Source of the DNA: Takakia lepidozioides
Lineage: Eukaryota; Plantae; Bryophyta
NCBI GenBank assembly: GCA_030704615.1
Contig: CM060731.1
Span: forward strand, 19,034,001 to 19,098,000
Length of the DNA stretch: 64,000 bases
Reading direction: 5' to 3'
Both the position numbers and the translations under genes were made by a program. Shown piece after piece: positions 13,001-26,600 of the stretch; the first letter of the stretch is position 1, and each line of letters starts with the position of its first letter. The notes beneath the pieces were generated by a model, which was not told where the DNA came from, did not search any database, and saw nothing but the letters and a program-made list of their open reading frames with translations.

Positions 13001-15555
13001 ATTCTTGATATATCTCCCGTCGAGGCTCCCAGGAAAGCCCACTTCGCTATTTTTCAGGAATTTCCATTGGCCTAACTGTCCAATGTCATCTAAGTCCAAG
13101 TGTAAGATCTTCTATGTATCCCAGTGCATCTCCTATGTTGAGGCCCAAGTGCGACCTCTAGGGTAGCATGTGCCTTTGGCCCATGTATGAAGAGTTGAAA
13201 TCTAAGACCAAGTGCAATTTCCTATGTATCCCAATGTGTCTCCTATGTCAAGGCCCAAGTGCGACCTCTAGTGTAGCCTATGCCGTTGGCCCATGTGTGA
13301 AGAATTGAAATCTAAGTCCACGTGCAATTTCCTACATATCCAAGTGCGTCTCCTATGTCGAGGCCCAAGTGCAATATTCAATTTATGTATCCAAGTGCAT
13401 CTCCTATGTAGAGGCCCAAGTGTCCAATGTCATGTAACTTGCCCAAGTGCAATCTCCTATAATCCAAGTACGTCTAATCATTTTTTTTCCCACAAAGCCT
13501 ACGACCAGATTTGAACCGGAGACATTTCCCTTGATATCTCTCCCGTCGAGGCTCCAACCATTGTCCCAGGAATGCCCACTTTACCATTTTTGCTATTTTT
13601 TGTGAATTTTCAGCGACCAAAAGTACTTGGAATTCCACATCTCCCACACCGCAAGTCCAAAAATCATGAGACCAAGCTGGTGCACCCCTCCTCGTCGAGG
13701 GCTTTCCAAGGGTACCAAGCACCAGCGTTGGGCCTCGCGGTTCGGGACATCTCAACGCTACAAAACAAAACAAAACGAGACGTTATGAAGCGAGACGTTT
13801 GTTTGTTTGTTTGTTTTGTTTTGTTTTGTTTTGTAGCGTTGAGATGTCCCGAACCGCGAGGCCCCGGCGCTGGTGCTTGATACCCTTGGAAAGCCCTCGA
13901 GGAGGAGGGGTGCACCGGCTTGGTCTCATGACTTTTGGACCTGCGGTGTGGGAGATACGGAATTCCAAGTACTTTTGGTCGCTGGAAATTCACAAAAAAT
14001 AGCAAAAATGGCAAAGTGGGCATTCCTGGGACACTGGTTGGAGCCTCGATGGGAGAGATATCAAGGGAAAGGTCTCCGGTTCAAATCTGGTCGTAGGCTC
14101 TTTGGGAAAAAAATACATTTGGACTTAGATGACATTGGACCCTTGGGCCAACGGCAAAGGCTACCCTAGAGGTCGCACTTGGGCCTCGACATAGGAGACG
14201 CACTTGCATACATAGGAGATTGCACTTGGGCCTAGATGACACTTGACACTTGACACTTGGGCCAATGGCACAGACTACCCTAGAGGTCGCATTTGGGCCT
14301 CGACATAGGAGACGCATTGGATTTATAGGAAATTGCACTTTGTCTTAGATTCTCAATTCTTCACACATGGGCCAAATGTACAGGCTATCCTAGAGGTCGC
14401 TTGGGCCTCGACATAGGAGACGCACTGGGATACATAGAAGATCTTACACACTTGGATTTAGATGACACTTGACACTTGGGCCCACGGCACATGCTACCCT
14501 AGAGGTCGCATTTGGACACTTGGATACAGAGAGGATTGCACTTGGACTTAGATGACATTGGACACTTGGGCCAACGGCAAAGGCTACCCTAGAGGTTGCA
14601 TTTGGGCCTCGACATAGGAGACGCACTAAGTCCAAGTGCAATCCCATATCTGATCATTTTTTATTTTTTTTCCAGAGAGCCTACGACCAGATTTGAACCG
14701 GAGACCTTTCCCTTGATATCTCTCCGGTCGAGGCTCCAACCATTGTCCAAGAATGCCCACTTTGCCATTTTTGCTATTTTTTGTGAATTTCCAGCGACCA
14801 AAAGTACTTGGAATTTTGTATCTCCCACACTGCAGGTCCAAAAATCATGAGACCAAGCCCGTGCACCCCTCCTTGTCGAGGCCTTTCCAACGGTACCAAG
14901 CACCAGCGCTGGGGCCTCGCGGTTTGGGACATCTCAACGCTACAAAACAAAACAAAACAAAACAAACGTCTCGATTCATATATTGATAGGATAGCATGTG
15001 CGGTTGGCCCAAGTGTCTAGGGTCATCTAAGCCCATGTGCAATCTCCTATGTCGACATCCAAGTCGACCTCTATGGTAGCCTATGCCGTTGGCCCAAGTG
15101 TCCAGTGTCATCTAAGTCCAAGTGCATCAATAAATGAAGCAAGCCATATCCAATCATTTTTTTTTCCGCAGAGCCTACGACCAGATTTGAACTGGAGACC
15201 TTTCCCTTGATATCTCCAAGTGCTATCCCCTATATATCCAAGTTGTGTGTCTCCTATGTCGAGGCTGACATGCGACCTCTACGGTAGCATGGGAGATGCA
15301 CTTGGATACATGAATAGAAGATTGCACTTGGGCTTAGATTTCAATTCTTCACACATGGGCCAACGGCATAGGCTACACTAGAGGTCGCACTTGGGCCTCG
15401 ACATAGGAGACCCACTTGGATACATAAGAAATTGCACTTGGGCTTAGATTTCAATTCTTCACACATGGGCCTTGACATAGGAGACGCTACTTGAATACAT
15501 AGGGGATTGCACTTGGACTTAGATTTCAATTCTTAACACATGGGCCAATTCCAAT
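10020..15555. repeat. Composite satellite-like array: GGCCCAAGTG/CCTATGTCGAGG subunits interspersed with a ~310-bp module; contains inverted blocks
   Basis: The module starting TTTTTCC(A/C)CAGAGCCTA(C/T)GACCAGATTTGAACCGGAG recurs at ~10170, 10320, 11320, 12190, 13490, 14670 and 15165, and inverted at ~13800-14110. Inverted subunit blocks at ~14115-14625 and ~15290-15550. Confidence 0.9.
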
Positions 15556-15559
15556 TCTT

Positions 15560-16884
15560 AACACATCCTCCCCTCTGCCTGTACTATTCTCCTACTTATA
15601 CAGCAAAGGCCTCCACACATTAACCCCCACCCCCTTCTACAACTCCCCGATGGCGTCACCCTTCTAGCCACCTTTGAACCAAACCAGCTACTATACGAAC
15701 ACAACCTTTTCTCCCCTAAATACCTCCGATGCCTAGAACCCACCACTACATCACTGCTACTTGTCCAACACACCCATCCCACCTCCACGCCCATTACCCT
15801 CCCCTCTACCTTATACCACTTACTCGTACGCACATGGGGGATGAAAGTCTCCATTACCCCCAACACACATCCTCTTCCCTCTACATCTTGCTCCTCACCC
15901 ACCCTATTTCCCAGAGTCAATCCAAGCAAGGTCTGGATAAGGGCCCTACCGTGCCCTCCTCCTGCCCCTCTCCCGCCCCCTATTGACCCACTGGTCTCAC
16001 ATCTACGTCTACCGTTCAAATTCTCTCCCTCACACTCCCACTACACAGATGGCTCCCAATCTGGCTCTAACGCGGGCTACGGTGTTTTTCATGTTGCTAA
16101 TAACTGTGGGGTAGCTTTTAGACTTCCAGGCCCAACCACTATATTACGCGTTGAGCTTATAGCAATCTTTGAAGTACTCTCCCAGCTGCCCTCCTTCTCC
16201 CCCCCATACTACATTTTCACATACAGCCTTATCTCACTATTTCTTCTTTGCAACCACCTCACCAGCCCCTTCTGCCACCTTCACCACCCAGACCGGAACC
16301 TCTTTGCAGCTATCATTAACCGAGCGGCTTCCATTAATCATCCCATACACTTTCTCAAAGTTCGCTCCCACACTGGTATCACTGGTAACGAAAACGCAAA
16401 CCTCATCGCCCAGGCAGGGGCCGCCCAACCCCAACTGGATCCCACGGCCGACCCTATCCATATTGCTCACACTCACCCATTCTGGCTAATTCACCCAGTA
16501 CCAGGACCCCCTACTACCAAGCCTATACGTAACCTAAAATCCACTCTTACACACGAAGCACACAAACAAGCCTCAGCCTCTACTAGCCATACCAAAGCCC
16601 ATATCCAAAAATGGACACAATCTATAGTTCTTCACCACAAATTGTCAAACTACTTTTGGCACACCAAGACTGTAATCGACGCGCAAATCCGACAAACACT
16701 CAGATTTCGTTACGCCCAATACATGGGACATCAACGCAAGCACATCTTTTGGCCACGCCTATTCCCATCCCCCAACTGCCCATTATGCTCACATACACAT
16801 ACAGTACGTGACACCTGGCCCCACCTCCTTAGTTAGTGTACTCACCCCGTTATACATGGTCTCTGCGTCACCCCCCGCCATAAT
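15560..16884 (+). mobile_element. Dualen/RandI-like LINE fragment: RNase H, CCHC finger and RHN motif; continues at 28449-28490
   Basis: YTDGS...ELIAI...FLKVRSHTGITGNENAN (RNase H) and CPLC...HLLS*C...RHN. After the MULE the frame resumes as R(Q)NHAVWHIHKL. Confidence 0.75.
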
Positions 16885-17119
16885 GAGGTTAGCTATTTCA
16901 TGAGCATGAGCGGCATGAGCGGAGTAGCAAGACAATCAGTTTTCATGAGCAGAAGTACAAATTTCAAAAATAAAAAACATTATAAAACATTAATTTAATG
17001 GAATGTGTCAGAAAAAACAAATATATTATTCGGCACCTTGAAGGGGAAATTGTAGTTTTGAGAGTTGTGCTCATGATATTTCGTCTTCCGCTCATGCCAA
17101 TTCCCAGCGACATGTGCAA

Positions 17120-17520
17120 AAATGGCGCCGAATTTCGCGGTAATAGGGTCCATAACCGGAAACAACCGCGACGTATTTCGCGGTAATAGGTCTCTCTGGC
17201 GAAAAATGGTGCCGAATTCCGCGGCTATAGGTCCCCTCATGACAGGTGTGTAAGCCCAAAATTTGGAAATGTGACGCCGAATTTCGGTACATGGTGCCGG
17301 GGATTGCACAGATGTTGGGCAGTTCTGGGCCATGTAACTGGAAATTCGGCGCCATTTTTCCAGACATCGTTCCCGTGCATGTTCGGACTTAGCCAGTTTT
17401 CGGCCCAAAATAGGGAAATTCGGCGCCATTTTTCCAGACACAGAGGTACCAATGCATGTTGGGACTTAGCCAGTTTTCGGCCCAAAATTGAGAAATTCGG
17501 CGCCATTTTTCCAGAAATGG
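17120..17520. repeat. Subterminal repeats of the AAATTCGGCGCC(G/A) motif
   Basis: Multiple GAAATTCGGCGCCATTTTTCC and GCGCCGAATTTC copies. Confidence 0.8.
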
Positions 17521-17669
17521 CCCGACTACTGCTTCTGTTGGATCTCAGTTTGAATGGAATATTGCCTCATTCCAGGAGTTTTGGGGTGCATTTCATTACA
17601 CTGCAAAAAAAAGTCTGATACATGAAAATGCAATTGAAAATATCCATATGGAGGATTCCCTTTGCCCCA

Positions 17670-20600
17670 TCAATGATTTCTGGAATCCCTAAGGAGGAGT
17701 TTGTGCAGCTCGTTCACGCTCAATGCCGGTGCATGAATAAAGTCATCAATAGTCACGTTCATCCTCAACCTCTTCAGGTAAATGTAATACAGATGCTTGC
17801 ACGGATAATACTTTGAACCCTTCTTTGCTTCCATCAACGAGAAGTCCGTACAATTGCAAGTCGGCTCCACTCCAATCGTAATTGTGTATACATCGTTGCG
17901 TAGAGCCGAGCTGGCCGTTGCCATCCGATAAACACGCCCAAGGCTAGGTGGAGGTATGTCCACGGAGCTCTGAATAGTGCAAGCCATCCCAAGAGCATTG
18001 GCAATCCGAGTCTCATTCAACTTGTTGGGAGGGTGTCGTCTCTTCACTCTTCCGAATCGCATTGTGGGATGTGCAGAATTGTCCAATCCGTCTCTACTGG
18101 ACCGAGCAGTCTGCAATGGCTGGGTCTGAGGAACTGGAAATGCGTGGGCCGAGACGTCTGTGCGTTGCACCATTCGAAATCCTGCTGCAGATAGAGCATC
18201 CGCCTCATTCTGAGAGAGGCTGCAACCCGGTGCAACAGGCCAGACGCCCGGAGGCTCCGGCATTCACTGAATCTCGTATTTGGGCTTGCCAAATACACAG
18301 GTCATTATGTCGTGCCTACAGAACCAAAACGTCTGCGTTGTGGTGTGAGCAAATGTGGGAGTCAAAAATCTGCCGCTGAAACAAGGTGCAGGTACAACAC
18401 CGTGTGGGTTCCTCCGAATCATCTCACCACAACGTGCTCTTGTATCCACCCGAATGGCGCAGCACTTCCCTCGAAATGTCGGCAATGTCCTTGCAATTCT
18501 CCACTGTGACTCCGACACTCTTGTCTCCACAATGGGTATGTTGTATTGCATTACTATAGATGGCTCGTTATGTTCCTCGGGCACGTGCCCTGTGCTCAAA
18601 GGAGATGGCGATCTTGAACGTGCAGGACTTGCGGTGCTCGACGAGACCTCCTCGGGCAACATCACGGGACCACGAGGGAGCGTGCAAATATTCTTGTCAG
18701 CTCGCCATGAATCCTCTTCCCCGCCAGGTGCCTCGTCAAGTCTTCGTCTCACTGGACGGGTATGAATATCTCCTTCCAAATGTTGGCCTCTTCGAAGCAA
18801 TGGTGTGTCCCGAAGGCCCTCTCGCAAGGCCGCCGCCCACTTCTGAGGATTCTTCGATCTGGAGGCAGTCCGCATCAGCATTTCCTGCCTGTCCGGCCCC
18901 AAGCCCCACTGTTTCCCTTTCAAGAACTCGTTGTACCTGCATTGCTGTATAATTGACCTCACAATGTCCTCCGTTGTGGCAGTGAGGATGTCCACCAGAT
19001 GCACCGCAGAGGAGGCACGCCAGGAAGAATGCACTGATTCGGCCATGTTTGTCGTGGGCATGTCGGTGTCGGAGTCGAGACACATTTCCTGCACAAGCAC
19101 ATGTTGAGGTTACAAGCAAGTTACAAATAATGCCAAGAATAATATTTAACGGGACGCGAATTCGTGCAACTCACCTCCCGCATATAGTCGCCGAACTAGA
19201 GGAAACGATAATGCCACCATGCTAGCCAACTGACCATTGCTCCCTCGTCTGATTTCCTTACAGCACCTGACGATGTCCACCAAGCCCGTATACATGCAAA
19301 CTGTGTCTCTGCATCATCCAAGGTGGGAGCGCGCTTCCACGCAAGACACATGGAACGGTGCTCCTCTATAAAATTTGGCGCCACGAGCCTGGTTGTGTAC
19401 TGCGAAAGGCTCTGCAGAAAATGGAACCCACAAGATCTCTCCTTGCCTTTTCCATGGGAACATTGGGGTCTTGCCCGTACACCCTTCGGATGGCAGCCCA
19501 ATTTGCTTGTGTGTTGTCCGCCATGAAACCACGGAAATTGGGAGGGGGCAATCCCACCTTGGCCATCTATTCGTTTATTCCCTGCCAAAGAAGCATCTTC
19601 AATTGTGTGTCCTCTCCTTTCATCTCACAAATAGCAATTGTCATTAGCATCCTACAGTGGGTGTCGTAGACATGTGCACCCATTGTCACCCATTGGTGAT
19701 TTGTAATTCGCTTGATATGGTCGAACATGACCCAACTGTTTGACAAGTCCCCACTCGTCATCCTGTCGACCAGTTTGACGCCGCTGCCAGGTCCACACGT
19801 GGACATTTTGAATATGAAACAACGATCTGCCTCAGTCCCTTGTCCTGGAAACCTACTTCCATGAATGTAGTCATATCCACATCGTCGCTTCACCTCCAGA
19901 ATGGAGTGCATATCCGAGCCACGCCCAATTTTCTGTTTGCATGAGACAATGTGGTTTCGGACATTCGGTGAACATACGTGGGACACCGACTCCAGCAATG
20001 CCTCCATTTCCTTCTCATCGAGAGGAACTCTATCGGAGCCGTCTTCCGACATAATTCTGGCCAAGGCCATCTTATGGGCGGCTTGAAGCTGTATCTGTTT
20101 GGGTTTGGCACCCGGTCTCAACTTAACCTCCTCCTGAACGAGCTGCTCTGCCTCGTGGGCAGCCTCCCGCGAGTTCCCCCTCGCCAATTTGTGACAATGG
20201 GAACCAACGTGTATGCAAACTCGGGTGAGGTCAGGGAAACAGTGCAACACATAGAACTGCTTGGCATTACAAACAGACATGCAGTGTGGTGGTTCTTTGC
20301 AATGTGCACACTTAAATGTGGAGTTCGGAACCTTCTCCTGAGCACGAAATGGTTGATGAGCTGTGCCCGTCCAATCGGTCTTGTTCCTGTGACCTCTGAA
20401 TTTAAAATGGAAGCAAGTTGGGGAGAAACAACGTAGCACACCCGCACACCATCGAGCATCTTCATGTTGGTGGTTTTGGTGACGCACCAAGGATGACCAT
20501 CATGTTCTCTATCCATATCTGTCAACATTCCGGATGCCCTCGAGTAGTCCGTCCGAGGAGGGAACTCAAAGAAGATATTACCGTCGACGTCTGCGGGAAA

Positions 20601-21242
20601 GCATGTAACCGATTTAATTGCGAACTTGCTGTAGTCCAGCCCGGCCAGCTCCGAGCGGTGTCCCTCCATGTGAAGCCCTTGCAGAATTTCAAGAATAGAT
20701 CGAACTGCGGTGCTCGTGCTGGGAATATGACTCCCTCGTCCACTGACGTCCATTGAGGACTTGCCTGATCTCCAGGACGACCTCGGAACTTCCATGACCT
20801 CGTCTGAGTCGGACAGGTTGTGAACAACCCAGTTCTCGCTCGTCTTCATGGATGGGTTCGGCTCTGGATTTACTTCGTTGCGGACTTCTCTCTTTGAGGT
20901 AGCCACTCTCTGATTCGCGGATTGTTTCATGGAAGGCGCCAGGATAGAAGGTGCATTTGGCGGGCAAATGAAGTCCCCAACAGTCCTGTATATGACGCTG
21001 TCCGATGGTGGAACTCGCCATTCCCTGCCATCGCCGAAATCATCGTGGAGCACAACAATACTCCCGACAACATTGCCGTTTGAGTCCTTCCTTTCCTCCT
21101 CCAAAAAAACCGACCCCGGTTTCAGGTGGTATCGAACGCACAGATATTTCTCCATCACCCGGCAGATGTCCCCTCTGCACGGAAATGAAGCTCTATGCTC
21201 GTGAGGAGGGCAGTACACTGTAGCGCTCGGGTTTTCCGCCAT
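17670..21242 (-). pseudogene. MULE-like transposase: GCM/WRKY-like Zn domain, DDE core, C-terminal SWIM finger
   Basis: WCVTKTTN...CAGVLRC...CAHC...C...HVGSHCH; VMFDH...FMADNTQA...CGFHFLQS; TTNMAESVH; CNCTDF...CKHLYY (SWIM). Intron ~19093-19174, in-frame stops at 19567 and 18264, and frameshifts. Confidence 0.85.
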
Positions 21243-21469
21243 GGGAGATGTGCACACAAGACTCCCAGGATGGCGTGCGGGCAAGCTCCCTGGTAGAAGG
21301 GGGATGCAGCGATGGGAAGGAATGCGGTGCCGATTTGTCCGAGCGACGAAGCCTGATCAAAATCCAGGGAGCCAACTATCTCAAAAATCCACAGTCAGAG
21401 TGTTAATGAACCTTGTCTCAGGAATGCGGCCCCTGGTCCTTGCGCAATAACTGCCAACGGTATGCAGTC

Positions 21470-23465
21470 AGAAAGTGGGGGGCCGTCCGGATGATGTCGG
21501 CTGAAGGGGAGAAGCCGGCACCGTGCCGTCATATTACTACCCCCGGATGAAAATTCGGCACCGAATATCCAGCAGGGGCCGCACGTATGAAGTCGCCTCG
21601 GGCAGAGAGGCCAGAACCTGTCCGACAGAGAACAACCCCTGGATGGAAATTCAACGCCGAATTTCCATTCGGATCCCCCCAAAGGAAGTCGTGTCGGGGG
21701 GTCAGGCCAAAAACTGGCCGACATTAAAACCTCCCCGGATGGAAAAACGGCGCCGAATTTCAATCCGAGGCCGTTCGGATGCAGTCGGCTCGGGGGAAAG
21801 GCCGCCACCTGGCCCTCACATTACAACCCCCAGACGGAAATTCGGCACCGAATATCCAACAGGGGAAGCCCGGATGAAGTCGCCTGGGGCGTAGAGGCCG
21901 GCGCGTGTTCGACAGAGAGCATCCCCTGGATTGAGATTCGGCGCCAAATTTCCATCCGGGCCCCCCCAAACGAAGTCATGTCGGGGGGGCAGGCCGAAAA
22001 CTGGCCGACATAAAAACCTCCCCAGATGGGAAAACGGCGCCGAATTTCCATCCGGGCGGGTCGGATGCAGTTGAGGAGGGGGGAGAGGCCGGCACCTGGC
22101 CGTCACATTTCAACCCCCGGACGTAAATTCGGCACCGAATATCCAACAGGGGACGCCCGGACGAAGTCGCCTCGGGCGGAGAGGCTGGCACCTGTCCGAC
22201 AGAGACCATCCCCGGATGGAAATTCGGCGCCGAATTTCCATCCGGGCCCCCTCAAAGGAAGTCCGGTCGGGTGGTGAGGCCCAAAACTGGACGATATAAA
22301 AACCTCCCAAGATGGAAAAACGGCGCCGAATTTCCGTGCGGGGCGGTTCGGATGCAGTCGGGGAGGGGGGAGAGGCCGGCACCTGACCGTCACATTTTAA
22401 CCCCCGGACGGAAATTCGGCACCGAATATCCAACAGGGGATGCCCGGACGAAGTCGCCTCAGGCGTAGAGGCCGGCACCTGTCCGACAGAGACCATCCCC
22501 CGGATGGAAATTCGCCGCCGAATTTCCATCCAGGCACCCTCAAAGGAAGTCCGGTCGGGTGGTGAGGCCCAAAACTGGACGATATAAAAACCTCCCATGA
22601 TAGGAAAACGGAGCCGAATTTCCGTCCGAGGCCGTTCGGATTTCCCTCTAGCAGTCAAGGATTCCATGAAAAACGTGTCTAAAAGTGGACTTCAGCCACA
22701 AAACTAACAGTTTAGTTTGTTTTTCTCCGAAAAACCAAGCGGCCACGCTCAGAATTACCGCAGGAAGGTAATTCGGCGCTTCGACTTACCTGGCGAATGG
22801 AAATTCGGCGCCAAATTTCCATCCACCAGCAATCCGAGTTACCTGCTGGATGGAAATTCGACGCCGGATTTCCATCCATCCGGGCTTCGAATTACCCGCA
22901 AGATGGAAATTCGGCGCCGAATTTCCATCCTGATCCGCTCCGAATTACCTGCATGACGGGAATTTTGCGCGCCGCCCTACCTGCCGGATGGAAATTCGGC
23001 GCCGAATTTCCATCCATCCGCTCTCCGAACAACCTGGCGGATTTCCATCCATCCGCTCCGAATTACCTACGTGGCGGAAATTTCGCGCGCCGCCCTTCTT
23101 GGCAGGATGGAAATCCGGCGCCGAATTTCCATCCATCTGCTCTCCGGCCAACCTGGCGGATGGAAATCCGGCGCCGGATTTCCATCCATCCGCTCCAAAT
23201 TACCTGCGTGGCGGACATTTCGCGCGTCGCCCTACCTGGCAGGATGGAAATCCGGCGCCGGATTTCCATCCATCCGGCTCCGAATTACCTGCGTGACGGA
23301 AATTTCTTGCGACGCCCTACCTGGCAAGATGGAAATTCGGTGCTGAATTTCCATCCTGCTTTCCATCCATCCGCGCTCCGAATTACCTGCAGGATGGAAA
23401 TCCGGCGCCGGAATTCTATTCTGCTGCGCTTCGAATTACCTCTACGTTGGAAATTCCGGGCCGAG
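21470..23465. repeat. Array of the 22-bp palindrome GGAAATTCGGCGCCGAATTTCC between the divergent MULE-1 genes
   Basis: Dozens of copies, within ~295-bp higher-order units (21520-22640) and shorter units (22760-23465). Confidence 0.9.
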
Positions 23466-23677
23466 TTGCGTCATATTTCATCCGACAGGGAGGGCTTCAT
23501 CCGACATTTAATTGCGTAGTTGGGCATTAAATGTCCACCGCCGTCCGTTTTTATTCGGGCTGGCGACACATGGCTTCCTCGATACGTACCCTAAATCTGA
23601 TGCTAATCTTGGATTAACTTCCATTCGAGGCATGTACCCCAAAAAACTGAGATCTTTTTCCATTTTGGCTGGGACTT

Positions 23678-26600
23678 ATGCCGCCTGAAGGGCGTGGCTC
23701 TCCCGAGAGAGACCTCACATCCAGACCGCGGCGGAAGTTGAAAGCTTTGTACTACGGACGACGGGCAATCTCTCGCATGGCCAAACTTAAGCTCCAGCAG
23801 GAGATTCCAGTGTCTTGCTCACAAACCGCGCCAACTGAAGCCGAGTACTCTCAGGCAAGCCACTTCTGCTTTCGCTTTGTGCTTTCGCTTTGTTTTTGCA
23901 TCTTCATCCTGGAATCGCTGGAAGCGTATGGCTGCATCGCAAAAGCAGCAGCTGTTGCGAAGAATGATCAAGGTCTGAGTGGTTAAAAATTAAGGAAATC
24001 CATGTTGAGCTGAGAAGATGAAGTGCCTTCAAAATATTTCACCCTGTTTTCCCGTCTTGTGGAATTTCTGATCATTTGTTCATCGTGTTTCATATTACCG
24101 GTTGAGTGAACCTTAGATAGTTTGCAATGCGTGTGCATAGCCGGCAGCTCTGGAGAAGGCTGCTTGTGCATGTCATTCTTAGGCATTGGTTGGATTTGTT
24201 TTCATTGTTGTTCCATGGCACTCCATACTTCCTAAACTTGTTTTGTTTTCATTGTTGTTCCACGATTGTTGCTATGGTGGTTGCGCTGCTCGTTGCGATG
24301 CTGGTTTTGGCACCGATGTTGATTTTGACGATTTTGGGAATGACAGAGTGACGACGAGCCCGGCACGCTGGTGGTATCATCGACCGCTCCAACTCATCGC
24401 ATGTTTGAATCGCCCAACTTGGGGCGAGAGGGCAAACTTCAACCTTTTGTTGGTGGACGGGAGGACCTGTCTCTCCTCCCCCAATAGAAGAAAAAGTGTT
24501 CAGCAGGATCTCTAATCTTATGTGCGCATTCTTGACAGATGAAAATTCAGCAGGATTTGGCACATGCGCGGAGGTTCTACATGGAGTCAGAGGAGAAGAA
24601 TCTAACCCTCCCGGCACTCGAATCGTATCTCAAAGCTGCGGAGGTGAGGGCCCGCATAAAGTACAAGTCGTGGATGGTAAAGTACGTGGCCATAGCTGAT
24701 CCCGCCCTTGGTGCCGACTTTCTGGTGGAGGTGGGGAAGCACTACTCCCGCGCTCTGAAGCCCACGATGACATTGGAGAAGCTCCATCGTCTAGCCACAT
24801 CCTGTGTGGATGCAACAGAAAAGGTGATACATTCTTAACCAAATTGTGGTGGCAACAACTCGTTTTTGTGGTGTTTGGCGCTTACGAATATGCTGGGTGG
24901 TTGGACAGACCCGGTGGCTCCAAATCTGGAATGGTTCCCAAAGTACAAGGGACATGTGGAGCTTCCCCAAACCGGACAAACTGTCTGACCCACATTCGAC
25001 ATGAACCGCATGACATGGTGGTTTCAAGTACTTCCCCACGCTTCGTTAGGCGCTTCTACTCTTGTAGGGGGTGGATTCATTGTATTTTTTCAGGAATGCA
25101 ATCTGATGGAGAATCTCCACAGGTGACGACGAATGCGCAAGAGCAGCTGGACACACAAGCACATCAATTCAAGATGGAGATTTCTCCTGCAGCAGAGAGC
25201 CTACGCGACTATGTGACAAGGTACTTTCTGCTCTACAAAACCGACCTATTCTTTCGGGAGATACCACATGCCCGCCGGAGCCACGAGTTCACCGACCAGC
25301 CGAACGCGGACAAAGCAGCAATGCTCCTTCTATACATGTACATACGCGATGCCTTCCTTTCAGTCCTTGCATTTTTCGCCGAATTTCCAGATCAGGGCTC
25401 CGAAAATGGCTAACTCCCTAGGGTGGCTGGCCCTGAACTGGAAATTCGGTGCCATTTTTCCAGGTCAAGGCCATATGGGACTTAGCCATTTTCAGGCCGG
25501 ACCTGGGAAAATGGTGCCGAATTTCCAGTCAGGGCTCCGAAAATGGCTAAGTCCCTAGGGTGGCTGGCCCTGAACTGGAAATTCGGCGCCATTTTTCCAG
25601 TTCTGGGCCCTATTGCCGTTCTGGGACTTGGCCATTTTCGGCCCGGACCTGGGAAAATGGCGCTGAATTTCCAGTCAGTTCTCCGAAAATGGCTAAGTCC
25701 CTAGGGTGGCTGACCCTGAACTGGAAATTCGGCGCCATTTTTCCAGTTCTAGGCCCTATTGCCGTTCTGGGACTTAGCCATCTTCGGGCCAAACCGGGAA
25801 AAATGGCACCGAATTTCCAGTTCAGGGCTCCCAAGATGGCTAAGTCCCTAGGGTGCCAGTCACCGAAAACCGAAATTCAGCGCCATTTTTCCATTTCTAG
25901 GCCCACTCAGATCCGCCCCAACCTGGGAAAATGGTGCCGAATTTGCAGTTTAGGGACCTCATTGTGTTTTTCATGAATGCAGGTACTGCAAGTTCTCCCT
26001 TTTGGAGAAAGGTCATCTGTCTTTCAAGCCACCATTCTTCCTGGCATGGAGGAACCCTGGGGCTGACTCCATGTACACTGACGATATTGTGAAGGAGTGG
26101 CATCTGGAACATTTGCGTGATTGCCCTTAAAGCGCTTGCGAACTCCAGGAAAGCGGCAGAGCTTGCTCAGGCAGGAATTCAGGAGAAATTGAATGAGAAG
26201 AGTAAAGGCCAAAGGAAAAGGACAAGGAAACAGGTGAGTGCAGTAACACCCAAAAAACAGAAAACCATCGGGGCATCGGAGCAGGCGCAGGAGGGGACCC
26301 AAGAGAGTGACTCGGATGACGACTTTGTTCAAGGTCCTGCGACTGCTATTGCTGCTACCCAGTCACCGGTCGTCCGGGTTCCCAAGTCAGTTCGGAGTGG
26401 GACTGGCTCTGCCAAGAAGTTGGCATTTGAGGGCGAGCCTACACGGCGGTATTCGGCGGTGACGTTTACGCACAGGCCAAAGCTAGAACCTCCAACCATC
26501 ATCCAATGCGTCAATGAGAGCTTCCTTGACGCTCTCGCTGCCAGGGCGAAGAAGGTGGCACACAACAAGTCTCTGGCGGAGCAGAAGGGGAAAGCCAAGA

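Noticed and set aside
14025-14112. Functional tRNA gene
   Set aside because: No convincing cloverleaf or anticodon arm by eye; it is embedded in a satellite.
21395-23519. ORFs with repeated MEIRRRISI/WKFGAEF peptides (also the satellite ORFs at 10195-15529)
   Set aside because: They are translations of palindromic DNA repeats, open on both strands.
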